Positions 9,910 through 20,060 of a stretch of DNA of 64,000 nucleotides are shown piece by piece. The stretch lies in assembly GCA_048938105.1 (NCBI GenBank), contig JBHLMN010000002.1, positions 160,001-224,000 on the forward strand. Reading direction: 5' to 3'. Numbering within the stretch: the stretch's first letter is position 1; every line of letters starts with the position of its first letter. The stretch is from Promethearchaeota archaeon. GTDB taxonomy: Archaea > Asgardarchaeota > Heimdallarchaeia > Hodarchaeales > Hodarchaeaceae. A program made the position numbers and the translations under genes. The notes beneath the pieces are model-generated. The model made no database searches. It was not told the origin of the DNA and worked only from the letters and a program-made list of their open reading frames with translations.

Positions 9910-10109
9910 AATCTAGTTTCACTAAAAAGGCTCGAATCATACGGATAATATTTCTAATCACTAGGTACTATATTCATACAGTAAAAATTGATTTATATCA
10001 ACTTTATTCAAATTAAATTCATATTAATATGAAAAAGAAGTCACTACATTGAATTATATATGAGTCTTTTAGCAGCCTTTTTAACCAACAATGCTAGAGA
10101 TTACTTGCA

Positions 10110-11024
10110 ATGGAGGAAAAAACACCAAAAGTAAATCCTCGAAAAAAACTCCTCGGGGATCGCGAGGATTTATCTTTTCCTGGGCGAAAATCATTATTAG
10201 AAAATATTCAACGACGCTTCGCTGTAAAGGGAGATGTTTGGATTCATCATGCTTATAACGTCCCAGAAGAAGATCCTCTTGTCATCGATAGCGAAACAAA
10301 GAACATTCAATACCAAGATAAGATAATAGTACCAGCTATCATTCATACTCTCGTGGATAAGGTGGGAGGAATGAGAACTACAAGTATTGCAGCAATAAGT
10401 AGAATGAAAAGCCCTGAGTTACTCCTTTTACAAGATCCAGCTAGTATGAATTTGGCAGTAATCTATAAAGAGAAGCTCTGGATAACTGAAATTCTATTAA
10501 AGGAGGCTGATTTTCTTTATCCTTTTCCTGTTGAGCGAACCCATGCTTTAACAGACAATGATCGAACATTAGTTGATGTGGTACAAGAAGATATCTCAAT
10601 TGAGATCAATGGACATCGTACTAAAGGGGGTATTGTTCAGGAAAAGACCTTTATGCCCCTTGATTCTTATTACCACCCAATCTTGGGAGGCAAGGATCCT
10701 GCAGCTCGGTTTAAGGCAACACTTCCAAGACTTCCTGATGCAGCGGAACTTATCCTTATGATTTCTGATGCAATTTCGAGTTCAGCAAAGATGTATTTAG
10801 GTACTGTGAATGTGCGACTTGATGAAGATCGCTTCGCATTAGAATATCCGCAGGATGTTAATGTGGCAGGTTTGAAAATATATAGAAAATATTTAGATGT
10901 AATAGAAATCCGATCTCCTTCGAATCCCCCTAATATAGAACTCCAACATGTTAGTTTTCGAGTTTTTCGCACGGAAATATCTCGTTCAATGAAAAGCCTC
11001 ATAAAAATGCTTCATATAAACTAG
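10110..11024 (+). CDS. Hypothetical protein
   Basis: 304 aa ORF with ordinary composition and no recognised motif. Confidence 0.7.
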   Translation: MEEKTPKVNPRKKLLGDREDLSFPGRKSLLENIQRRFAVKGDVWIHHAYNVPEEDPLVIDSETKNIQYQDKIIVPAIIHTLVDKVGGMRTTSIAAISRMKSPELLLLQDPASMNLAVIYKEKLWITEILLKEADFLYPFPVERTHALTDNDRTLVDVVQEDISIEINGHRTKGGIVQEKTFMPLDSYYHPILGGKDPAARFKATLPRLPDAAELILMISDAISSSAKMYLGTVNVRLDEDRFALEYPQDVNVAGLKIYRKYLDVIEIRSPSNPPNIELQHVSFRVFRTEISRSMKSLIKMLHIN

Positions 11025-11041
11025 CACAAGGTTAAATCAAG

Positions 11042-11536
11042 CTATTCATTTTCTTCGCCATATTCCAATACTAGCTTTTTTGCTTCCTCAAGCCAAATAC
11101 GTGTAAGTTGAAGTTCTTCTAACTCTTTCTGTTTTTTAATCAATAATGGTTTTCTCGTATCGTACTCTGCTCTGTTAATTCGTCCTAAGACAAAGTCTCG
11201 TTCAAGTTGTTCGATTTCGGCTGTAACAATACCATCCATAGATTGGAAAAATGTAATAATAGAGGTGTTTATGATCTCAATCAATTCGATACCTGGATCA
11301 GATAAATAATAAACGTAGTGCGGTTTCGGAAATGGTTCAACAGATCGTTCGCAAAAATAATTTGAGAGAAGCAGTTTTAAGTGTTTTTCAACTGCGGGTC
11401 TTGAGATACCTAATTTTTTGGCGAGTTTTTGAGGATTTTGGGGGTTTGAAGAAAGTAATTTGAGTATTTTTTGCCTTGTGGGGTCGGCAAGAATCTTGAG
11501 AAGAGATTCTATTCTCTGCTGCAGCGCCTCGCTCAT
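11042..11536 (-). CDS. ArsR-family transcriptional regulator with SHOCT-like C-terminus
   Basis: LADPTRQKIL...LAKKLGISRPAVEKHLKLL; C-terminal LGRINRAEYDTRK. Confidence 0.85.
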   Translation of the reverse strand: MSEALQQRIESLLKILADPTRQKILKLLSSNPQNPQKLAKKLGISRPAVEKHLKLLLSNYFCERSVEPFPKPHYVYYLSDPGIELIEIINTSIITFFQSMDGIVTAEIEQLERDFVLGRINRAEYDTRKPLLIKKQKELEELQLTRIWLEEAKKLVLEYGEENE

Positions 11537-11806
11537 TTGTTTATCCTCACAAGGTTTTTATATATCCCTAATGTCATTTACTACTGATTTTAAGAGTACT
11601 TTTAAAAAAACACTGATTATGGCATCGAATTGCTAGAAAATATTATTCTTACTATGTTTAAACCCTCTGGTTAATTATAATAACTCGGTAGTTACGTTCT
11701 TAAACCTTGGTTTTTAGAATATTATTTAACTAGTCGCAGATCTGATTCATTTAGAATTTGATTATTATAAAAATTTCTCAATAAAATTCAAGAATCCTGT
11801 AAAAAA

Positions 11807-12652
11807 GTGGTATTAATGTCTAATAGAGAGATAAAAGACCTAAAAATCTTGATAAGATCATTGGATATTCGTCTTAAGAATGAGGAGATTTCTCAAGAGG
11901 AATATGACAATTTGAAAGCAAAATATGAAGCTCAATTGAACGAAGAGATCAATCTTGCCAAAGAAAAGAGTTTTCTAAGGAACTTGTCCTACATCAGTAT
12001 CTCTGGCTCTGGAAAGGTAACCGATTCACATATCAAAATCTCTGGCTCAGGACGAATTGATGGTTGGAGGGGAGGATCTATTTCCATTGCTGGTTCCGGA
12101 AAAATTTCTGATGATGAGATTAAGGTCAGTGGATCTGCATCGTTGCCAGGAGATTTGGAAACACACACTTTAAAGGCTTCAGGTTCAATTAAGGCTGATG
12201 GTCCTCTTGAAACTACCATTTTTATTAGTTCAGGATCATGTGAGATTGGTGGTTATTTAGTTGCACACGAAAAATTAACTATCTCAGGGTCAGGTGAGAT
12301 TGAAGGAGACATCAATGGAGGTCATGTTATATCAAGTGGGTCGTTAAAAGTAGCAGGTACAATCTTATGCGTCACTGCTGAGCTTAATGGATCATATAAT
12401 ATTAAAAATAATGTGGAATGCCAAGAATCATTTTCTTCTGAGTTGAACTCTAAGTGTACCATTGGAGGGGATTTACTTTGCAATGGAGACGTTCAAATTG
12501 AGCAAGGTAGTGGTCGTGGTCAGCTCCAAGTTGAACAGATTCTTGCCGAAGGTGATGTTTACCTTGAAGGGGTTATTACTCATTATGTTAGTGGCAAGAC
12601 AGTTAAGCTTGGCCCTAACTGCAAAGTTGAAAAAGTTGAAGAAAAAAGCTAA
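11807..12652 (+). CDS. Bactofilin-like (polymer-forming cytoskeletal) beta-helix protein with N-terminal SHOCT-like helix
   Basis: Repeated ISGSG/ASGS/SSGS-x-I-x-G beta-helix rungs; N-terminal EISQEEYDNLKAKY. Confidence 0.7.
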   Translation: MVLMSNREIKDLKILIRSLDIRLKNEEISQEEYDNLKAKYEAQLNEEINLAKEKSFLRNLSYISISGSGKVTDSHIKISGSGRIDGWRGGSISIAGSGKISDDEIKVSGSASLPGDLETHTLKASGSIKADGPLETTIFISSGSCEIGGYLVAHEKLTISGSGEIEGDINGGHVISSGSLKVAGTILCVTAELNGSYNIKNNVECQESFSSELNSKCTIGGDLLCNGDVQIEQGSGRGQLQVEQILAEGDVYLEGVITHYVSGKTVKLGPNCKVEKVEEKS

Positions 12653-12676
12653 ATTAGATGCTTAGAAATAAGCTGA

Positions 12677-13498
12677 ATGGTCAATCCATTGAGCTCAAAC
12701 TACCCTTTTTCATCTAATCAATCCACTCCCTTTATTTTATGGTGTTACACTGGTGGGGGTCATTTTTTTGAAGAAATCTTTGAACAAATTAGGAAAGTGA
12801 ATCACGAATCTATTTCTATCACTTTTGTTTTTTCCAACGCTGGAGCTCTCGTAGCAAATAGATACGGATTTTTCTGGAATTTAATACATTCAGACGTGAG
12901 AAAAGAATATCTTCATTTTATTTTTGAGAACAGTGTGGCAAAATATAATATCGAAAATATGCTTAAAAAAGCTGATTTTTCTTATTCAATAATTTCAAAA
13001 GATCCTAGTTTTTCAGTTGCGGTGAGTCTTGCCAACAGCGGGACCAAATGCATCATTGCATGTCCTTTGACCGCTAATACGGCAGCAAAATTAGCCTTGG
13101 GGATAACAGATTCCTTCATCTCCAATTTAGTGTCTAGTGGGTTAAAATCAGGAAAAAGAGTGGGAATTTTGCCGACAGATGTTATACCACAGAAAATTAA
13201 GACAAAATTGCCAGTACGGATAATTAAGTCAGTTTCTTCTAATCACATTAATGTTTCTGTATGTAAATTCAACGCCATAAAAGAACTAGACAATAAAAGG
13301 ATCCAATTTCACCCTCAATTTTGCGTGGGTTGTCAGGAATGTGTGAAAAAATATCCTGATGTGTTTTCTTACGGAGATGAGATTGAAGTAATGATCCGTG
13401 ATATTGACTCGAGGAATATTCAGAATTTAAGCTCGGAGCTAACTGTTCTGCAGAAACCTAGAGAGATATATCCTTTTATAAAGCAATTCTTCAAATAA
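12677..13498 (+). CDS. AfpA/DmrX-type flavoprotein (dihydromethanopterin reductase-like) with ferredoxin insert
   Basis: WCYTGGGH, PLTANTAAKLALGITDS, ILPTD and CVGCQECVKKYP. Confidence 0.8.
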   Translation: MVNPLSSNYPFSSNQSTPFILWCYTGGGHFFEEIFEQIRKVNHESISITFVFSNAGALVANRYGFFWNLIHSDVRKEYLHFIFENSVAKYNIENMLKKADFSYSIISKDPSFSVAVSLANSGTKCIIACPLTANTAAKLALGITDSFISNLVSSGLKSGKRVGILPTDVIPQKIKTKLPVRIIKSVSSNHINVSVCKFNAIKELDNKRIQFHPQFCVGCQECVKKYPDVFSYGDEIEVMIRDIDSRNIQNLSSELTVLQKPREIYPFIKQFFK

Positions 13499-13515
13499 AA
13501 TGAGAGTGTTATCTA

Positions 13516-14070
13516 TTATCTCGATGTTTGAGCTTTGTATGTTTCAATATATCCTTTGATTGTACGACCTAATTGTGTGAAAGCTTCCGTTACGTTTAAA
13601 CCAGACTTAGCTGATGTATTGAGATAAGAAATCTCAAAAGAAACATCAGATATTTCTTTCTGTGATTTTTCAACAAAACTTGTTAATTCTTCCTGATTTA
13701 TTGCATTGGATAAATCACTTTTGTTTCCTAAGATTATATAAGGAATCTCACGGCCTACATTTGTAAAAAGTTCCCTTTTCCAGTTTACGAGATTATAAAG
13801 AGATTCAGGTCGAGTTCGATCAAAAACTAATATTGCTCCATGTGATCCTTTATAATAGAGAGCTCTCACAGCTTCAAATCGTTGTTGTCCAGCTAAATCC
13901 CAAATTTGGAATTTATATTGCATCCCATCGATTTCGAGGTTTTGGACGGCGAAATCAGCTCCAATCGTTAAAATATAGCCACTTTGGAATCCTTTTCCTA
14001 GAAAGCGTTCTCTTAATGACGTTTTACCGACCCCCCCATCTCCCAACAGACAAATCTTATATAGAGGCAC
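13516..14070 (-). CDS. Rab-like small GTPase (Ras superfamily)
   Basis: GDGGVGKT, TIGADF, WDLAGQ, GNKSD and TSAK; no C-terminal Cys motif. Confidence 0.93.
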   Translation of the reverse strand: MPLYKICLLGDGGVGKTSLRERFLGKGFQSGYILTIGADFAVQNLEIDGMQYKFQIWDLAGQQRFEAVRALYYKGSHGAILVFDRTRPESLYNLVNWKRELFTNVGREIPYIILGNKSDLSNAINQEELTSFVEKSQKEISDVSFEISYLNTSAKSGLNVTEAFTQLGRTIKGYIETYKAQTSR

Positions 14071-14350
14071 ATTGTTACCCTCAGGTGAAGAAAATGTTGT
14101 CTAAATTATTTTAAGCGTTGAATAATTAGGCATCGTCGATTATTTAGATTAGTAAATCCATGTATTGGGGTTTAATCTTGTATGTTAAATAAAAGAGGTT
14201 AATGTATAATAATATTATTCAATAGTAGTAATTGATTTATTGTCCATCTTCTTGCCCAAAATAAAAAAGAATCACTTTTTTTATTTTTATTATTTTAGAA
14301 GGAAGAGTTAAGATCGAGTAATGATTAAGAGGATTAAAAGGAGTTATTGA

Positions 14351-15826
14351 TTACAGGGTGAATTTTTTTATCATGTCTAGCTTCAAGTTGTATAATTTTT
14401 CTGTTAAACTAACTTTATAGACGTGGGGATTCAATAATCGTTTGAATGTTGAATCTAAACAACGTAATTGTTTCTTACAATAGTCTTGAGCCACTCTCCA
14501 ACTGCCATAATTTTCGTTTGTTTTAATTCTACCATTTTTCAACAAAATTTCATGTAGAGGTTCAACTCGAATCTCTTCGGGTAATTGATATTTTTTTAAA
14601 TGTTCAATTGGATGATGAACCCAATCAGCAGAACGAGGTTTGGTCTCATTATAAAGGCCGATCACGTCAACTAAAAATTTACCAGTATTATCACTAATTC
14701 TCCAAATTTTTTTAATCCCAGGGTTTATGGTTTTTGTTACATTTTCACTCACTTTAATTCTAGGTTCCTTATTTAACGCAACTAGTTTATAAACTCCTCC
14801 TAACGCGCTCTGATGTCCCCCAGTAATTAATTTTGTCCCCACACCATATGTGAGGTGTGAAATCGTTTCTGTGCAAATCATCTTTTCTTCTTCATTTTTA
14901 TTACCTCTCTCTTTGATTTGATGAACAATTGAATCAATTGTATACTCATCAAGTTCATTGGAAAGGACGATGCTAACATTGGGGAATCCTGCTTTTGTAA
15001 ACTCGCGATAGACTTCAACAGAAAGATATGCTAAGTCACCTGAATCGATTCTAATACCTAATATTTTCTTACCACTTTTTTGTAGTAATTCAGCGACTTT
15101 AATAGCATTAGGAAGGCCCGATTTCAACACATCATAAGTATCAATTAAAAGTAGGCATTTATTTGGGAAAACCTCTGCATAAGACTTAAAGGACTCCAAT
15201 TCAGTGCTGAATGCTTGAACCCATGAATGAGCTTGGGTTCCTATTATTGGACAGTCCCAAATTTTCCCTCCCTGTACAAATGATGTTCCAACGCATCCAC
15301 CAATTAATGATGCACGAACACCGATAAAAGCACTATCTCCTTGGGCTCTTCTTAATCCAAATTCAATGATTTTTCCTCCCCTTGCTGCATTAACTATTCG
15401 GGCTGCTTTTGTAGCGATCAACGTTGAATAATTAATAATATTGAGTAATGCAGTTTCTACCAACTGTGTTTCGATTATTGGGCCTGTGACAGATATTATT
15501 GGAGTATAAGGAAATATTATTGAACCTTCCTTCACTCCCTCAACTTTTCCTGTGAACCGAAGTTCTAATAAATACTCCAAAAACTCTTCTGTAAACATTT
15601 TCTGTTCTCTTAAATAGTTAATATCACTTTCTGAGAATTTAAAGTTGGAGAGATATTCTAGGGCAAGAGGAATACCACATGCAACAGTATAACCTCCGTT
15701 AAAAGCATTTGACCTAAAAAAAAGGTCAAAAGTTGCGTTTTTTTTGATATTCAAATCGTAATACCCTTGACTCATTGTCAATTCATATAAATCTGTAAAT
15801 AAAGCCCGATCTTTTTCGTAGAACAT
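14351..15826 (-). CDS. pncB: Nicotinate phosphoribosyltransferase
   Basis: TDLYELTM, EFGLRRAQG, GTQAHSW, LIDTYD, IRIDSGD and GGVYKL. Confidence 0.95.
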   Translation of the reverse strand: MFYEKDRALFTDLYELTMSQGYYDLNIKKNATFDLFFRSNAFNGGYTVACGIPLALEYLSNFKFSESDINYLREQKMFTEEFLEYLLELRFTGKVEGVKEGSIIFPYTPIISVTGPIIETQLVETALLNIINYSTLIATKAARIVNAARGGKIIEFGLRRAQGDSAFIGVRASLIGGCVGTSFVQGGKIWDCPIIGTQAHSWVQAFSTELESFKSYAEVFPNKCLLLIDTYDVLKSGLPNAIKVAELLQKSGKKILGIRIDSGDLAYLSVEVYREFTKAGFPNVSIVLSNELDEYTIDSIVHQIKERGNKNEEEKMICTETISHLTYGVGTKLITGGHQSALGGVYKLVALNKEPRIKVSENVTKTINPGIKKIWRISDNTGKFLVDVIGLYNETKPRSADWVHHPIEHLKKYQLPEEIRVEPLHEILLKNGRIKTNENYGSWRVAQDYCKKQLRCLDSTFKRLLNPHVYKVSLTEKLYNLKLDMIKKFTL

Positions 15827-16015
15827 CTATTATCATCACTAGACTAAGCAAAATATTGATTTTTTAATTTTCCATTATCAATAAATAAAAATCAAAAATG
15901 TGATAGAAAGATGGTAAAATTATAAAGTTTATTATTACAGAAATCATTTGAACTGTTAGAGTATAAAGTGTCATAATCCATCTGAATGTATAAAATAGAA
16001 TGATTCCATATAAAG

Positions 16016-16705
16016 GTGAGACCCAGAATGCAGATTGAAGGTGTTGAACTAGCTGGTTTTATTATGATCACAAGTAAAGACGCTTTACTTGTGATTGATA
16101 TGCAGAATGATTTTGTACCAGGTGGAGCATTACCTGTGGCTGATGGTAATCAAATCATTCCTGGTATTAATATTTTAACAGATAAATTTCATCAAACTGA
16201 AAATCCAATAATTTTCACCCAAGATTGGCATCCTGTAAATCATCACTCCTTTGCTAGTGCTCATCCTGGGAAAAAACCTTATGATCCTTTAGAAGCGCCT
16301 GGTATAGGACCAATATTATGGCCAGATCATTGTGTTCAAGGGACTCATGGAGCCAATTTTGTCCCAGGATTACAGGCTGTCAATGCAACTCTAATTTTAC
16401 GAAAAGGTTTCCATAAAACTATTGATTCCTATTCTGCTTTTTTAGAAAATGATAAAACTACTGAGACAGGTTTATCTACTTTTTTACACACTTTAGGTAT
16501 TGAACGGATTGTTTTATGTGGATTAGCATTAGATTATTGTGTCTATTTTACAGCTCTTGATGCAAAAAATTATGGATTTGAAGTTATAGTTATTATTGAT
16601 CTAACAAAGGCTGTAAATGCACCTGAGGACAGTGTATCAAATGCTTTCGAAAATATGACAAAAAAAGGCATAATCTTTACTACTTCAGATAAAATTCTTA
16701 GTTGA
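16016..16705 (+). CDS. pncA: Nicotinamidase/pyrazinamidase
   Basis: IDMQNDF, QDWHP, WPDHCVQ, DSYSAF and GLALDYCV; divergent from pncB. The start may be the later MITSK. Confidence 0.93.
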   Translation: MRPRMQIEGVELAGFIMITSKDALLVIDMQNDFVPGGALPVADGNQIIPGINILTDKFHQTENPIIFTQDWHPVNHHSFASAHPGKKPYDPLEAPGIGPILWPDHCVQGTHGANFVPGLQAVNATLILRKGFHKTIDSYSAFLENDKTTETGLSTFLHTLGIERIVLCGLALDYCVYFTALDAKNYGFEVIVIIDLTKAVNAPEDSVSNAFENMTKKGIIFTTSDKILS

Positions 16706-17296
16706 AGAGCGGATGTGCTTCTGAACTAAGTAGATTAAGAGAATAATAGCTACTGAGATAGTAATTCCTAATGTTCCATACTCTCCTGTACCCAGTTCGA
16801 TATAGAAATTATGTCCTATTAACAAAATTCCCCATGAAATCGATAGGACAATCCATGCGAGAACAAAAGTAGAACCAAACTGGCTTTGAAAAGTTTTCAG
16901 AAGCTTTTGTCGTTCCATACTATTGGAGGGATAATTTGCGTATTCTTGATTGAGTTGGTGATATTTATATGAAATAAACCAGATTTCATAGAACATCCAT
17001 GATAGTATAACACCAAGAGTAAGTAAGTATGGGTTTTCAATCCAAAAGAAAATTCCACAAGAGAAAAAAACAGTAACAAAAGGTCTAAATCCTAATCTTA
17101 AGGTTAAAATCCCAAAGATTGCTATTAATCCAAGAATTGTTAGTAAAACAGTTGAAACAAAGAATAACATATAATAAATGGATAGATTGGAGAAAAATAA
17201 TATGAAAATAAACCAAAAAATTGGGATAAATGAGAAAATGAGAAAGCCTAGTGTCAGAGTAATTTGAAGACTCCAAATAATCTGCTGCATTTTCAT
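16685..17296 (-). CDS. Multi-pass membrane protein, last gene of the MoxR operon
   Basis: About 6 hydrophobic segments; 4-nt overlap with the DUF58 gene. Confidence 0.75.
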   Translation of the reverse strand: MKMQQIIWSLQITLTLGFLIFSFIPIFWFIFILFFSNLSIYYMLFFVSTVLLTILGLIAIFGILTLRLGFRPFVTVFFSCGIFFWIENPYLLTLGVILSWMFYEIWFISYKYHQLNQEYANYPSNSMERQKLLKTFQSQFGSTFVLAWIVLSISWGILLIGHNFYIELGTGEYGTLGITISVAIILLIYLVQKHIRSSTKNFI

Positions 17297-18558
17297 TTTA
17301 TACGTCTCATCTTGATTGATTCATATTTGGGGCCCTGGGGGTACCAATGAATTTGCGTAATTCCCCATTGAGCTATCTTTTTTAATGTAATCCCTTGATC
17401 GAGAGATAAGAGAGCATTTGCAATCTGGGATAGATGTGAAGAATCGGGTTCTCCTTCATCCTCACTTTCAAGCCGAGGTAGAATTAATATAATTTCATAA
17501 TTTCTTTTAACTAATTCATGTAAAAATTCTACAATAATGCGATTATAAAGCGGACTAATGAAAAAAACTTGAGAAAAAGGCGGTAATGTAGGTAGGAGTC
17601 TTTTAGTTAAGCGTAGATATAGTGTTTCCTCATAAGGAGGATATGATCCCTCAACATCGATAAGAAACTCGTTAATTCTGAGAAGCTGGCGTTTACCTGG
17701 TGCTACAGGAATCTCATGGATGAATTCTCCAACACCAATAAATCCAATTTTATTCCGTTGGGAAATAAGGTACTCTGCTGTGGCTAAAGCAGCTTTTACA
17801 CCTTCTTCGAGTACACGAATTGTTGACTCAGTATGATCTAAAATTACATACACACAGGCTGATTGATCTAGAGCATATTCATTAGTTGCTAGTCTGTTAA
17901 ATTTGGCTGTAACTCTCCAATTTATAGCTTTAACTTCGTCACCCTCTTGGTAATCGCGCACTCCCTGAAAATCAAAGTCTCGGCCTTTGTAGATTAGACT
18001 AGGGATGTAACCTGTTTCTGGTAACAAACGATGACGATAAATAGGTAAATATTTCAATTTGATCAGGGCTGGGACCACATCAAATGAGTTAAAGACTGGA
18101 TATTCATTCGATTCAGAATGAAAATGGAAGAAGTCAGATCCAGTTAATTGCACCGACCCAAGATTGTAACGCCCTCGGTGATGACCTTGAATTGCGTAAG
18201 ATAATGTCATTTTTTCTCCCTCATTAAACTCTAGGAGCCAATGATTCGACCCCTCATTTATTGTACACTCCTCGGGTATTAAATCAAGTATTTCAAGGAT
18301 AGGTATTCGCTTTCCTTTGTTTTCAACGGTTAATTTTACATAAATAAGCTCACCTTTTTCCTCGGTTTTGTTTCGGGAGATCGATCGGGTTATAACAAGA
18401 TTCTTTAGGTCAATTTCTTCGGGAGTGAGCGAAAAAAAGAAAATAATTAGAATTGGAAGGATTATTGCGGCAACCAGCCAATACTGAAATATAATAGCTA
18501 ATATTAAGAGTATAAATGTTAAATTTAGAAGAACTTGAAATTTATACTTATATTTCAG
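17293..18558 (-). CDS. DUF58 (vWA-like) MoxR-associated protein, probable CTG start
   Basis: GRYNLG and DFQGVRDYQEGDEVKAINWRVTAK. The frame stays open for 116 codons upstream of the ORF-track ATG, to a CTG preceded by GGAGGA. Confidence 0.85.
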   Translation of the reverse strand: MKYKYKFQVLLNLTFILLILAIIFQYWLVAAIILPILIIFFFSLTPEEIDLKNLVITRSISRNKTEEKGELIYVKLTVENKGKRIPILEILDLIPEECTINEGSNHWLLEFNEGEKMTLSYAIQGHHRGRYNLGSVQLTGSDFFHFHSESNEYPVFNSFDVVPALIKLKYLPIYRHRLLPETGYIPSLIYKGRDFDFQGVRDYQEGDEVKAINWRVTAKFNRLATNEYALDQSACVYVILDHTESTIRVLEEGVKAALATAEYLISQRNKIGFIGVGEFIHEIPVAPGKRQLLRINEFLIDVEGSYPPYEETLYLRLTKRLLPTLPPFSQVFFISPLYNRIIVEFLHELVKRNYEIILILPRLESEDEGEPDSSHLSQIANALLSLDQGITLKKIAQWGITQIHWYPQGPKYESIKMRRIK

Positions 18559-18603
18559 AAAAAATCCTCCAGAGATGGGATGTTATGATCTAATTGTTTG
18601 TTC

Positions 18604-19560
18604 TTATTCACGACGAGGTGCCTTGATTTGATCCAAAATTTTCTTGATGAGGAGTTCTGATGAGGTTCCTGATAACCAAGAGCTAATCTCAAGAATCAAG
18701 CGATGTGCCAATGCAATAGGAGCAAGTTCTTTGGTATCTTGTGGAATTACATAGTCTCGCCCGTTTAAAGCCGCGTTTGCGCGTGATAAAGCCATTAAAT
18801 CTAATGATCCTCTTGGAGACGATCCTACTTTTACTTGAGGGAGATCACGAGTCTTTTGTACAATTTCAACAATGTATTCATTGATTTCATCAGAGACATG
18901 AACACTTTCAACTGAACGTTGCATATCCCAAAATGTTTTCCTATCTATCACTTGAGAAACATCAAAGGCTTTTTTCTTCCGAAAAATCCGATTCGTAAGA
19001 ATAGTCCTTTCTGCTTCTTTTGAAGGATAACCAATCTTGATCATTGCAAGAAATCTATCAATTTGAGCTTCGGGTAATGCAAAGGTTCCTTCAAGTTCCA
19101 ATGGATTTTGAGTAGCAACAACCAAAAAGGGTTTCTCTTTCGCTAAAAAATAAGTTATTCCTCCAACAGTCACCTGATATTCACCCATGGCTTCCAATAA
19201 AGCACTTTGAGTTTTTGGGGTTGCTCGATTAATCTCATCTGCTAGAATTATATCTGCAAAAACGGGTCCTGCTTTAAATTCAAAATCATTTTTCTTTTGA
19301 TTGTAAATCTCCGATCCAACAATATCTTGGGGTAACAGATCAGGAGTGAACTGTATTCTATTAAATTCACACCCAAGTGCTGTTGCAAATGATCGACAAA
19401 TCATTGTTTTTGCTAGACCAGGATAATCCTCGAAAAGAATATGGCCATCTGCTAGAAAAGCCAACATAACATGACGGAGAGTTTTACTTTTACCTATAAT
19501 ATGCTTATTAATTTCATCTAAAACCTTCACACAAAATTCTGCAGTTTCCTCAATGTTCAT
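18604..19560 (-). CDS. moxR: MoxR-family AAA+ ATPase
   Basis: EDYPGLAKT, RIQFTPDLLP, LADEINRA, ATQNPLE, LPEAQIDRF and GSSPRG. Confidence 0.95.
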   Translation of the reverse strand: MNIEETAEFCVKVLDEINKHIIGKSKTLRHVMLAFLADGHILFEDYPGLAKTMICRSFATALGCEFNRIQFTPDLLPQDIVGSEIYNQKKNDFEFKAGPVFADIILADEINRATPKTQSALLEAMGEYQVTVGGITYFLAKEKPFLVVATQNPLELEGTFALPEAQIDRFLAMIKIGYPSKEAERTILTNRIFRKKKAFDVSQVIDRKTFWDMQRSVESVHVSDEINEYIVEIVQKTRDLPQVKVGSSPRGSLDLMALSRANAALNGRDYVIPQDTKELAPIALAHRLILEISSWLSGTSSELLIKKILDQIKAPRRE

Positions 19561-19568
19561 GATAACCG

Positions 19569-20060
19569 TTACTCCATTATGGAAATCAATGGGATTCCAA
19601 GCACTTGTTGAACTTCTTCTATAATTATGAGTAATTTCTGATAGAAAATTTCAGAAGAATCTTTCTTGCGAAAAATCCTAGAATATAATGTACCAGAATG
19701 AGTTTTGAGGGCCATTTCGTCACTGTAATGGCGATACCAACCGTTTGGATCTTTGATAAGTAGAATAAGATTTTCACTACACTTTATTTTATCTTCTTCT
19801 CCAGTAAGTTTCATATAATCCCGTATTAACTGTGATAACATCAATATTACTTGTTTGTGTCTTCTTGAATAATTACTTGATATGAGACGAATTAATTCAT
19901 TATATGAGTTGCTATTAGGTCTAGGAGGGTCGATATATCTTGTTTTTGCTTTTTTAAAGTCATAATCGGATTTTTTGATCTGCCCTTGGCTGTAAGAATT
20001 TATGGTTCGATAAGTAAAAATGATTACTACTATTAAAATGATAATGTAAAATATATTCAT
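19569..20060 (-). CDS. Single-TM hypothetical protein of the MoxR operon
   Basis: N-terminal TM segment; operon context. Confidence 0.7.
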   Translation of the reverse strand: MNIFYIIILIVVIIFTYRTINSYSQGQIKKSDYDFKKAKTRYIDPPRPNSNSYNELIRLISSNYSRRHKQVILMLSQLIRDYMKLTGEEDKIKCSENLILLIKDPNGWYRHYSDEMALKTHSGTLYSRIFRKKDSSEIFYQKLLIIIEEVQQVLGIPLISIME

